This document shows, piece after piece, positions 1 to 8,235 of a stretch of 64,000 nucleotides of DNA. Source of the stretch: a virus (taxonomy: Duplodnaviria > Caudoviricetes). Below the pieces are notes generated by a model. It did no database searches. It saw nothing but the letters and a program-made list of their open reading frames with translations, and was not told the origin of the DNA. Both the position numbers and the translations under genes were made by a program. The first letter of the stretch is position 1. Every line of letters starts with the position of its first letter. Location: the IMG/VR virus record IMGVR_UViG_3300035686_000003, positions 64,001 through 128,000 of that record; one strand, written 5' to 3'.

Positions 1-2370
1 AGGGGCGTCCGTGACCAAGGTACAGAAAACCTTCCGAAGCTTGAGGCAACGATTGCTGCTCGTCGCGAAGAACTACAGCTGCAACAGAAGCTATCAGAGA
101 TTGACGAGAACGCTCGAAAGAATGGGACTGATCCGAAGGTCGTTGCTGAACAGAAAGCTGGTCTACAAGATAGGCTGAAGATTGTTCGCCAAACCATTGA
201 GGCGAACAGAGAATACGCTGAGACAGTAGAAGGTAGAGAGAACAGCAAGCGAGCTAGAGAACAATCCATCGAATTGTCTCGTGGTGAACTGGCTGTAATG
301 AAACAGCAGCTAGAGGCAGCGGAAGCGATTGCTCAAGTAAACCCGTTGGCACCTGAAGCCTTGGGTATCCCTGAGATGCAGAAGGCGATCGCTCTCAAGG
401 AAGCTGAGTTAACTCTCACTGAACAGATTGCTGGCATTGAGGACAAGAGATTCACCAACGACATGACCGATGAGGCGGCAGACAAGAGGATAGCCGACTT
501 AAGGAAAGAGAACGAGCAACTAGTAGAAAACATCAACAAACGTGCCGAACGTGCAACCAAAGAGCAAGAGTTCGCCCGTCGCAGAGCAGCACTCGACAAC
601 CGTAACCAAGACGTTGAGCTGAAGGGTTCAGTGACGGAAGCTCTCGCAAGGAACATTGAGTTGGGACGCTCCACAGGTGAACCTATCGCAATGAGATTCG
701 AGCAGCAGCGATCGCAACAACAGCTCAGCTTTGATAGGCAGATGCTCGACTTAGATGAGCTTGAGGCTAGCGGGAAGCGCACCAAGGAAGAGATTGCGGC
801 GTTACGAGCTGAATATACTCGACTCAATGAAGTGAGTCTGGACAACCTTAAGGCAGAGCAACAACGTGCGACTGAAGACCGGATCATGGAAATCTCTGGT
901 CGTATGACTTCTTCACGAGTAGGAGTCCTCAATGGTCGTGCCGATCTTCTGAGTTCGATGGGCTTAGATACTCAAAGTAAAAGTTATAGACGGCAAGCAG
1001 CCATTAGTGACCAACAGCAAAACTATAGCCAACAGTCGCTTGAGCTAGAGCGGTTTATAGCGCAACAGCAGCTGAGTAACGAGCAAGCACTGGAGTTGAG
1101 GACTTCGTTGTCAGAGGTTAATAACATGAGCATGGAGAAAATCAACAATGAGTTCTCCACTTGGAACGAATTAATGGTTGGCGTCCAAGGTTCGTTTGAG
1201 TCGGCTTTTACTTCAATCCTTGACGGGAGCAAAACAATTGGGGAAGCCGCAATGGACTTCCTGAAAGGGATTGGAAGCCAGTTGGCGTCAATGGCTAGTA
1301 AGATGCTTGTTGATAAGTTATTTGGTGGTTTGTTCGGCAAAGGTAACGAAGATCAAGAAGCTAAAAAAGCTGGATTAATTTCCCAAGGCGGAATCATTGG
1401 CGAAATGACAGGTGGGAATCCTTTGGCTCAATACTCTGCCTTAAATCCCTTGCCAGTGAGCTTGGTTAACACCAGTGCTTTAGCAGGACTAGGAGGATTT
1501 GGTGGAGGTGGTGCAAACCTATTTCAAAAGTCTTCTGGAGGTGGCATTTTTGATGTGTTCAAAGGTAGCGGAAGTTTGTTTGGTAGTGCAAATCAATTCC
1601 AAAATCCTGTTGCGGTAAACATGGTGGGAGCTAGCAATAACGTTTTTGAGCCTATTACTAAAGGTATTGGAGGTGTGTTCAGTAGCCTGATGGGTGGAGG
1701 TGCTGGTGGAGGACTTGGCGGAATTGTCGGAAGCTTACTCGGTGGCTTAGGCGGAGGGGGAGCTGCTGGTGGTGGAATGGGCGGAGGCTTTGGTTCTCTG
1801 ATAAGCACTGGACTCAGCTTGGTGTCAAGTATCTTCGGGTTCCATAATGGAGGGATTGTAGGAGATGCTGCTCATGTGCAAGCGTACGCTAGTGGAGGCG
1901 TTGTAAGTGGTTGTGGTTGCCGTGCTTGTAGCTTCGCTCAAGGGGGGACGGTCGGCAGTGGAATAGAAGAAAGTTTGGAAGCTGCGATGAAACGAGAACG
2001 CTCAATGAATGGGGGAAAACGGGCTAGGGTGATTATTGCCACTGACGGAGAGTTAATTGTTCCAAACAAAATAGTCAACAGACTTAATGATCGTCAAAAA
2101 GCTTTTCTTATTGGAAAATCATCTGCCCCTTCTGCCTCTATGATGAATTATGCCACTGGAGGAATAGTAGGCTCACAGATGGGTTCTTCCATTGCAAATA
2201 ATGTTACGAACATGGGTGGAAGCACCAAGATTGAAGGCAGCACAGTAAATGTTGGCGAAGGCGGCAACATGAGCCGTTCAGAAGCTGCACAACTGAAGCA
2301 AATGATTGATGCGTCAGTCATGCAGACAATCTCGAAACAGACCCGTCCTAGAGGTTTGCTTTCAAGGTAA
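1..2370 (+). CDS. Tail tape measure protein, C-terminal part (5'-truncated; frame open from base 1)
   Basis: Long helical E/Q/A/R-rich region, then Gly-rich hydrophobic segments and repeated F/Y-A/H-xGG motifs (FHNGG, YASGG, FAQGG, YATGG) typical of lambda-like TMP C-termini; lies upstream of J. Confidence 0.85.
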   Translation, partial: RGVRDQGTENLPKLEATIAARREELQLQQKLSEIDENARKNGTDPKVVAEQKAGLQDRLKIVRQTIEANREYAETVEGRENSKRAREQSIELSRGELAVMKQQLEAAEAIAQVNPLAPEALGIPEMQKAIALKEAELTLTEQIAGIEDKRFTNDMTDEAADKRIADLRKENEQLVENINKRAERATKEQEFARRRAALDNRNQDVELKGSVTEALARNIELGRSTGEPIAMRFEQQRSQQQLSFDRQMLDLDELEASGKRTKEEIAALRAEYTRLNEVSLDNLKAEQQRATEDRIMEISGRMTSSRVGVLNGRADLLSSMGLDTQSKSYRRQAAISDQQQNYSQQSLELERFIAQQQLSNEQALELRTSLSEVNNMSMEKINNEFSTWNELMVGVQGSFESAFTSILDGSKTIGEAAMDFLKGIGSQLASMASKMLVDKLFGGLFGKGNEDQEAKKAGLISQGGIIGEMTGGNPLAQYSALNPLPVSLVNTSALAGLGGFGGGGANLFQKSSGGGIFDVFKGSGSLFGSANQFQNPVAVNMVGASNNVFEPITKGIGGVFSSLMGGGAGGGLGGIVGSLLGGLGGGGAAGGGMGGGFGSLISTGLSLVSSIFGFHNGGIVGDAAHVQAYASGGVVSGCGCRACSFAQGGTVGSGIEESLEAAMKRERSMNGGKRARVIIATDGELIVPNKIVNRLNDRQKAFLIGKSSAPSASMMNYATGGIVGSQMGSSIANNVTNMGGSTKIEGSTVNVGEGGNMSRSEAAQLKQMIDASVMQTISKQTRPRGLLSR

Positions 2371-2435
2371 GCGTTTAGTCAATCTTCGTTAGGCTGTCAA
2401 TAATGACGTAAATTGATTTATTGTGTGATGCGGGT

Positions 2436-2790
2436 GGGGCGAAACTCTTCCAACACCACGATAGTTTTTGTGAAGACCGGATCAAATTGGACTAGTCTCC
2501 ATTTGTTATGACAAGATCAAATTGATCTAGTGACCGGATCAAATTGATCCACTCCTCTTATATATAAAGAGACTAAGAAAAGACTAACTATCTCGCAAGC
2601 GGGTTAGGTAGCTAGTTTTGAGGTCACAAGAGAGTATCGTAGAAGCAGAGATCTCGGTTGCTCACGCTAAGAATCGAAGACCCTCCAAGAACAAACCTTG
2701 TCGTACTCAATGAAATTCAAGATCAAGAACCCTCGCACGAAATACCGTTACAACTCCGGAGGAAGAGTTTCGCCCCTGCCATGCCGCAAA
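2436..2790. repeat. Non-coding origin-like element A (inverted copy of 63628-63978; homologous to the ori inside the initiator gene)
   Basis: GAC(C/A)(G/A)GATCAAATTG at 2475, 2510 and 2532; AT-rich TTATATATAAAG tract; flanked by a perfect 16-bp inverted repeat GGGGCGAAACTCTTCC (2436-2451) / GGAAGAGTTTCGCCCC (2761-2776). Confidence 0.9.
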
Positions 2791-2960
2791 AAAAGTCTTT
2801 AAGCCGCCCAAAACCAACCGAACGTCCAAAGACACTACTCTAACTCACAACAGCTGCTACAGCCGTCACCATTGACCGCTAAGGATAACTCTTGCGTACA
2901 ATCACATATTGTTGGACTACCAAAGCTTGCGACCATGAGGTAGTACTTTAGCCTTGTGTT

Positions 2961-3455
2961 ATGACCGTAGCTCCATCTAACCCCTCTGAAATCAAAGGTA
3001 GTGGAATCCTTGGTGGTGGTGGATGCTTCGTTGCGGACACCCTGATTTGGACTGAGGACGGAACCAAGCCGATCCGTGACATTCGTGAAGGCGATCGCGT
3101 CTTATGCTTCGACAGTCACCGAAAGCTGCACTTTAGCGAAGTAATTGCAACATCGTTCCATTGCAACTATGACGTGTGGCGCTATAGGTTCTGGGGTGGT
3201 GAGTTCATTGCGACTCCCAACCACTATGTTTATACCGAGCAGAATGCATTCCAAGAGATCGGGAAGCTTGAGAGAGACGCACCCCTCTACAACTCCTCTT
3301 GGCAAGTGCTACCTCTTGAGTCATCGGTTTACATTGGCAAGGCTAATGTTTACAACTTCTGGGTGGCAGGTTATCACACATACTTTGTTACAGAGTCAGC
3401 GATAGCCGTCCACAACGGCAAACACAAAAAAGGAGCTTATCTTTTGCAAGAATAA
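2961..3455 (+). CDS. Stand-alone Hint (intein/BIL-like) protein; duplicate of the N-terminus of tail protein J
   Basis: GSGILGGGG|CFVADTLI...ATPNH...VYNFWV..YHTYFV...VHN|G; Hint at 3024-3416; leader and domain parallel those at 4241-4705. Confidence 0.85.
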   Translation: MTVAPSNPSEIKGSGILGGGGCFVADTLIWTEDGTKPIRDIREGDRVLCFDSHRKLHFSEVIATSFHCNYDVWRYRFWGGEFIATPNHYVYTEQNAFQEIGKLERDAPLYNSSWQVLPLESSVYIGKANVYNFWVAGYHTYFVTESAIAVHNGKHKKGAYLLQE

Positions 3456-3472
3456 ACTCCCTTTAAAACCGA

Positions 3473-4207
3473 TTAGTAATCTTTGCCTTTGATTTGCCCT
3501 CCAATCTCTCTGTAAGCTTGCCCTTTGGTTATTCGTTCTATTGTCGATATTCCTAATTCATACTTTGACGCTATTTTTGCTAAAGAATCACCTACAAAAC
3601 GGAGGTTTCTTATGTCCAAAACGTCTGAAGGTTCAAGAAGACGTGTCGTTGTCGCCTTTTTGAGAAGTTCATAATCCTTTCCTTTAACAAGTCCACCTAT
3701 ATGCTTCTACTTGTTTCCAAGCACAATGTTGCCTACTATAGTGTGTCCAAGTCCATATTCTTTGGCTAAAGTCTCAAAAGATATGTTTTCGTAGGCATAC
3801 CTCGTTCTAATTTCAATTACAATGTTTTCGTTGATCTTAGCACTGCCTGTTCCTTTTCCTTTCGATTGCCGATCTGCTTCAACCTTATCAATGACGTTTT
3901 CTGCTTGAGAGCCTAAAACTAAATGCTGTGGGTTACAACACTGTGGGTTGTGGCACATATGCCTTACTATCTTTTCAGAAGGTATTTCTTGTTTGTTATA
4001 AACCTGCCACATCAATCGATGAAGTCGTACACATCGACCTATCCCCTTGAGGTCAACAACTCCGTACCCGTGGTTTCTGTGACCGTTCCAGTTCCAGCAT
4101 CCAGATGAAGAAACGCTAATGTTTGATTCTATTTTCACCTGCTGATCAGGAGTTAACTCAGTCGGCAATTTCATAAATTTTATATTCTTCATGACTCTTC
4201 CTCTCAT
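3473..4207 (-). pseudogene. HNH homing endonuclease with C-terminal HTH repeats, interrupted by an in-frame TAG at 3707-3709
   Basis: CWNW...HR...VRHMCHNPQCCNPQHL..GSQAEN; the frame continues past TAG for about 77 codons (KHIGGLVKGKDY...YREIGGQIKGKDY*) to TAA at 3473. Confidence 0.8.
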
Positions 4208-4240
4208 GTGTCCCCAACAGGTTAACAGTTAGAAAACGAA

Positions 4241-6976
4241 ATGTCAAATGTCGCTAACCATTACGACCCATACTCTCAAATCACTGGTTCTGGTCTACTG
4301 GGTGGCGGCTGTTTTGTTGGCGAAACTGTTGTTCTTACTCCAAGTGGACACAAGTTTTTAAAGGATCTTAGGGTTGGAGATAGCGTTTTTTCGTACAAGC
4401 CAACAGGAGAGTTGGTTAATGGAAAAATTGTCGAAACTCATTTCCATGAAAAATATTTAGTCAACGAATATGTTTTGTGGCAAACGCAATTTGTTGCCAC
4501 ACCTAATCATCACGTCTTAACAGAAAATAACGCCTACAAACAAATACAACACTTCAAAATTAACGAGTGTTTAGTTGATGCATTAGGCGAACTTCAGCCA
4601 CTTGTTGCAGTTGAGAACGTTTCGCAACCCCGTGATGTTTACAATCTTACGGTAGAGCCTTATCACAACTATTTAATTACTGAAAAAGGAATAAGAGTTT
4701 CCAATGGGGGAGGTGGAAAATCTTCTGGAGGTGGCAAAGCTGAGGATGACGCATACAAAAGCAATGCAACAGCTTACATCCTTGAACTCTTGTCAGCGGG
4801 AGTAGTCGAAGGTATCGTTGGTGGGCAGAAGGGAATCTTTCTCGACAAGACACCAATCCAGAACGAAGATGGAACGTTAAACTTTAAGAATTTTAAGTAC
4901 GACTTTCGACCTGGCACCCAATATCAGGAATTCATGCCAGGTTATGCCGATGAGATTTCATCAGAGAAGTCGGTAGACCAAGAAGTTAAGAAATCCCAGC
5001 CAGTAGCTCGAACAGTCATCTCCTCTCAGATTGATGGCATTCGAGTTCGCATCGCCCTGCAACAGCAGAAGTACGAAGAGAACGGTGATGTTGTTGGCAT
5101 GGAAATGAGGTACAGGATTTATCTCAAGCAAGGAGGTGGTGCATTCGAGTTACGTGTCGATAAAGAAAAGGAAGGTCGGTTCTCATCGCTCACAGAATTT
5201 GAGTACTACTTGCCCGTCAACAACATGGGCGGAACCATTGACCAGTTCACTGTGAGAGTGGAAAAGGTCACGGATGACGTTGAAGATGGAGACACAAAGA
5301 AGCAACAGGTACTGAAGTGGCAGTCGTACACAGAAGTTATTGAGACAAAGCTAAGGTATGCTCATTCAGCAATCATTGGTGAGCAGTTCAATCCCAAAGA
5401 CTTTTCCTCAATCCCTTCAAGGCAATATAAACTAGCTGGTATACTAGTCCAGATTCCCAGCAACACAGTAGTTGATCCTGTTGACAGAGGATTGAACTTT
5501 ACTTCAGCTATCTGGGATGGGACATTCTACACTCCTGCATTAGCTTGTGCTGACCCTGCTTGGATTGCCTACTACCTGCTCACTGACCCTATCAATGGAC
5601 TCGGTAGATACATCGATGCCCCCTCCATAGATCGGTGGAGCTTGTATCGTGCAAGTCACTACAACAATGAGAAAGTACCCAACGGTTTAGGGGGGCTAGA
5701 GCGACGATTTTCGTGCCATACGGTACTTCAGCAACGAGAGGATGCTTGGAAGGTTCTAGAGGCTGTTTTTTCATCGTTCAACTGTTCCCACTATTGGGCA
5801 GATGGCACAGTGTACTTTGTACAAGACAGACCTCTTGCTCCTGGTGAAGAATACAAGTGGCAGTTCACCCAAGCAGACGTTGAAGGTGGTCAGTTCAGCT
5901 ATAGCTACTCTGCACTACGATCACGTTCATCAGTCGCAATGGTTACTTGGAATGACCCTAGCGACTATTACAATCAAACCATTGAGCCTGTCGAAGATCC
6001 TGAAGGTCTAGCAAAGTACGGGTACAAGGAGATTGAATTTGCTGCGTTTGGGTGCATCTCCAGAGGTCAAGCGATTAGGAAAGGTCGATATGTCTTGTTC
6101 TCGAACAATCGAGAGACACAGACGGTCACGTTTTCTGCTCGCTCATGGGCAGCTTACGTTCGTCCTGGTGAGATTATCCAGATTGCTGATGCTCAACGGG
6201 CAGCTATCCGTTATGGAGGATTAGTCAAAGCTTCTACGCCAGAGACGGTAACCCTTGATGCGCCAATCCAGATTCTTTCAACGGGTTATCGCATCACTTG
6301 CATGACAGCAGCAGGAACATTGCAGACCAGAAACATTACGAATGCTCTTGGGTCAACTCCTTCTGTAGCTGTAGACAAAGTTTTTACCATACCTATTCTT
6401 CCTGAGTCAAACTGGGTTGTTGCTTTGCCTAGCATCTTGCCGCAACTGTTCCGAGTCATCTCAAACTCATCTGACCCAAACGATCCGACGAAGCACACAA
6501 TCACAGCGATACAGTACATCCCAGAGAAGTTCAACTTCATTGAAAATGGATGGGCAATTCCTGATCGTCCCATTCGACAAACTGTACCTGTCATTGTTGC
6601 TCAGCCGCGATCGCCTACTTTAGCTTCAACGACTGTCAATGGTTCACCTAACTTAATCGTTAGCTGGCTACAGGCAACCAATCTTATCGACTACATTGAT
6701 CCTTTCGTGGATTCCTATGAAGTTGAGTGGTCACGAGACGGTATTACTTGGAATGAATCTCGAATTGTCGTAGGTACGAGTACTATTTACAACAATATAG
6801 TTCCTGGTATCTACTATGCACGAGTACGTTCTATCGATATTCAAGGAAAGGTTTCTGGACACGTTTTCACAGCCCCACACACAGTTCAAGTGGTATTGAC
6901 GCCACCAACACCCATTACAACTGAAAGTCAAAACTTTAGCAACTCTGGTAACTCTAGTAACGTTTGGTTATTTTAA
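4241..6976 (+). CDS. Tail tip/host specificity protein (lambda gpJ-like) with N-terminal Hint domain and C-terminal Fn3-like domain
   Basis: LELLSAGVVEG, IFLDKTPI, FRPGTQ.Q, WDGTF, DPAWIAYYLLTD, ERRFSC, AFGCISRGQA.R.G motifs of J-type proteins. Confidence 0.9.
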   Translation: MSNVANHYDPYSQITGSGLLGGGCFVGETVVLTPSGHKFLKDLRVGDSVFSYKPTGELVNGKIVETHFHEKYLVNEYVLWQTQFVATPNHHVLTENNAYKQIQHFKINECLVDALGELQPLVAVENVSQPRDVYNLTVEPYHNYLITEKGIRVSNGGGGKSSGGGKAEDDAYKSNATAYILELLSAGVVEGIVGGQKGIFLDKTPIQNEDGTLNFKNFKYDFRPGTQYQEFMPGYADEISSEKSVDQEVKKSQPVARTVISSQIDGIRVRIALQQQKYEENGDVVGMEMRYRIYLKQGGGAFELRVDKEKEGRFSSLTEFEYYLPVNNMGGTIDQFTVRVEKVTDDVEDGDTKKQQVLKWQSYTEVIETKLRYAHSAIIGEQFNPKDFSSIPSRQYKLAGILVQIPSNTVVDPVDRGLNFTSAIWDGTFYTPALACADPAWIAYYLLTDPINGLGRYIDAPSIDRWSLYRASHYNNEKVPNGLGGLERRFSCHTVLQQREDAWKVLEAVFSSFNCSHYWADGTVYFVQDRPLAPGEEYKWQFTQADVEGGQFSYSYSALRSRSSVAMVTWNDPSDYYNQTIEPVEDPEGLAKYGYKEIEFAAFGCISRGQAIRKGRYVLFSNNRETQTVTFSARSWAAYVRPGEIIQIADAQRAAIRYGGLVKASTPETVTLDAPIQILSTGYRITCMTAAGTLQTRNITNALGSTPSVAVDKVFTIPILPESNWVVALPSILPQLFRVISNSSDPNDPTKHTITAIQYIPEKFNFIENGWAIPDRPIRQTVPVIVAQPRSPTLASTTVNGSPNLIVSWLQATNLIDYIDPFVDSYEVEWSRDGITWNESRIVVGTSTIYNNIVPGIYYARVRSIDIQGKVSGHVFTAPHTVQVVLTPPTPITTESQNFSNSGNSSNVWLF
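4310..4705 (+). other. Hint/BIL domain (132 aa) within tail protein J
   Basis: CFVGETVVLT...ATPNH...VYNLTVEPYHNYLI...VSN followed by Gly (no C/S/T at +1). Confidence 0.85.
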
Positions 6977-6982
6977 ATTATT

Positions 6983-7834
6983 ATGCCAAGTACATCGTTT
7001 ATTGACGGAAACGGACAACTTAAGCATCGTTCAGTTATAGGAGCAGGAACAACAGAAGATCCTTTTGTTTCTGTAGTTAGCGATAACGCTGGAGCAACAG
7101 GAGTTGGCGGTATCACCGATATTCCAGCAACGACACCAGCAGCACCAGGCTCATTAATAAGTTTAATCAAAGGTTTTTGGACTACATTTGGATTAATTTC
7201 AGAAGCTGCTGATACCACTGGCTCACTAATGCAACGCATTCGTGGCATGGGGGATCGGATGGGTAGTTATGGTGATATTGCGAGTCCCACTGGTTCTATC
7301 ATGGGGCAATTACGTTATATCGCAGAAAGCAGACTTATTCCCAAGCCAACTTTAGGTCAGTATTACGCAAGCTTTGCAGGAGGCAACAGAAGTTACAATG
7401 CAACGGCAGGGGTTGTTTCTGTAACTTCTTCAGGAGGCAATGTCTGTGTTTTTGTTAATCCTACTGGGTCAGGGGTTGACTTGTATATTCAGCGCATTGT
7501 ACTTTCATCGGATCAACCTGGTAGATATGAGCGATATCGTCAGGGGACATTGGGTACAGCAGGAACAGCAGCAACTAATGTTAACAGAGGCGGCAATGGT
7601 ACTCCTGGACTTGCAAAACTTTATAACCCAGCACAGATAACTGCAACGGGCGGAAGCCTTGGAATGATAACCTACGTTCCTGCTTCTGCCACTTCAGCTG
7701 ATCCGGTAGATGGCACCCTGATACTACGACCAGGACAAAATTACTATTGGCGGTACATTCCCAACCCTGGAGTATCTGGAAGTTCTAACTGTGCGGTCGA
7801 AGTTGTTTGGTGGGAGCTACCATTGCAAGCTTAA
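6983..7834 (+). CDS. Putative virion/tail-associated protein
   Basis: Directly follows J; G/T/S-rich with a beta-rich C-terminal part; function inferred from position only. Confidence 0.45.
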   Translation: MPSTSFIDGNGQLKHRSVIGAGTTEDPFVSVVSDNAGATGVGGITDIPATTPAAPGSLISLIKGFWTTFGLISEAADTTGSLMQRIRGMGDRMGSYGDIASPTGSIMGQLRYIAESRLIPKPTLGQYYASFAGGNRSYNATAGVVSVTSSGGNVCVFVNPTGSGVDLYIQRIVLSSDQPGRYERYRQGTLGTAGTAATNVNRGGNGTPGLAKLYNPAQITATGGSLGMITYVPASATSADPVDGTLILRPGQNYYWRYIPNPGVSGSSNCAVEVVWWELPLQA

Positions 7835-8232
7835 GGAGCTTTAGTTAACGAGCGCCTCAACCATTTAATCAATCGCCAGCACTGAATCAAGCCATAGTTT
7901 AACCGACAAATCTGGTTTGCACAACTCTGAAGAATTGTAGGGAACACCTCCTGCTCAGACACTCTTCCTTTCCCATGACTGAGGACATTGTGGAACCAAT
8001 AAGCATGAGTATCACGACTTACTGGCGCAATGTGCCAGAAGATCTCTTCGTGCCCTCGTGATTCATAGGCTTCCCTATTCATGTGGTGCATTGAGTAAGG
8101 GTAGTAACGCCCACCTACGTAACCAATACGCTTCCACGGTAGCAACAGATCACGATTGTCACATTTGTTTAGCCAAGTAGCGTGGCGGTTACGCCATTCG
8201 TTTGACTGTAGATACACCCTGTAGTTGCTCAT
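7831..8232 (-). CDS. HNH-like small nuclease
   Basis: YLQSNEW start and HH...H pattern resembling small phage HNH proteins. Confidence 0.45.
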   Translation of the reverse strand: MSNYRVYLQSNEWRNRHATWLNKCDNRDLLLPWKRIGYVGGRYYPYSMHHMNREAYESRGHEEIFWHIAPVSRDTHAYWFHNVLSHGKGRVSEQEVFPTILQSCANQICRLNYGLIQCWRLIKWLRRSLTKAP

Positions 8233-8235
8233 GGG

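Noticed and set aside
1480-1830. Gly-rich stretch as collagen or a repeat element; Pro-rich antisense ORF 1593-1808
   Set aside because: Ordinary low-complexity TMP C-terminus and its antisense shadow
2658-2843. ORFs 2658-2843, 63476-63799 and 63682-63900 as real genes
   Set aside because: They overlap the origin-like repeats, have inconsistent starts and ends between copies and look like shadows of rep-derived DNA
3707-3709. Genome-wide TAG reassignment
   Set aside because: Conserved genes (dnaE, nrdJ, terL, J) are uninterrupted and several genes end normally at TAG; only a single case was seen
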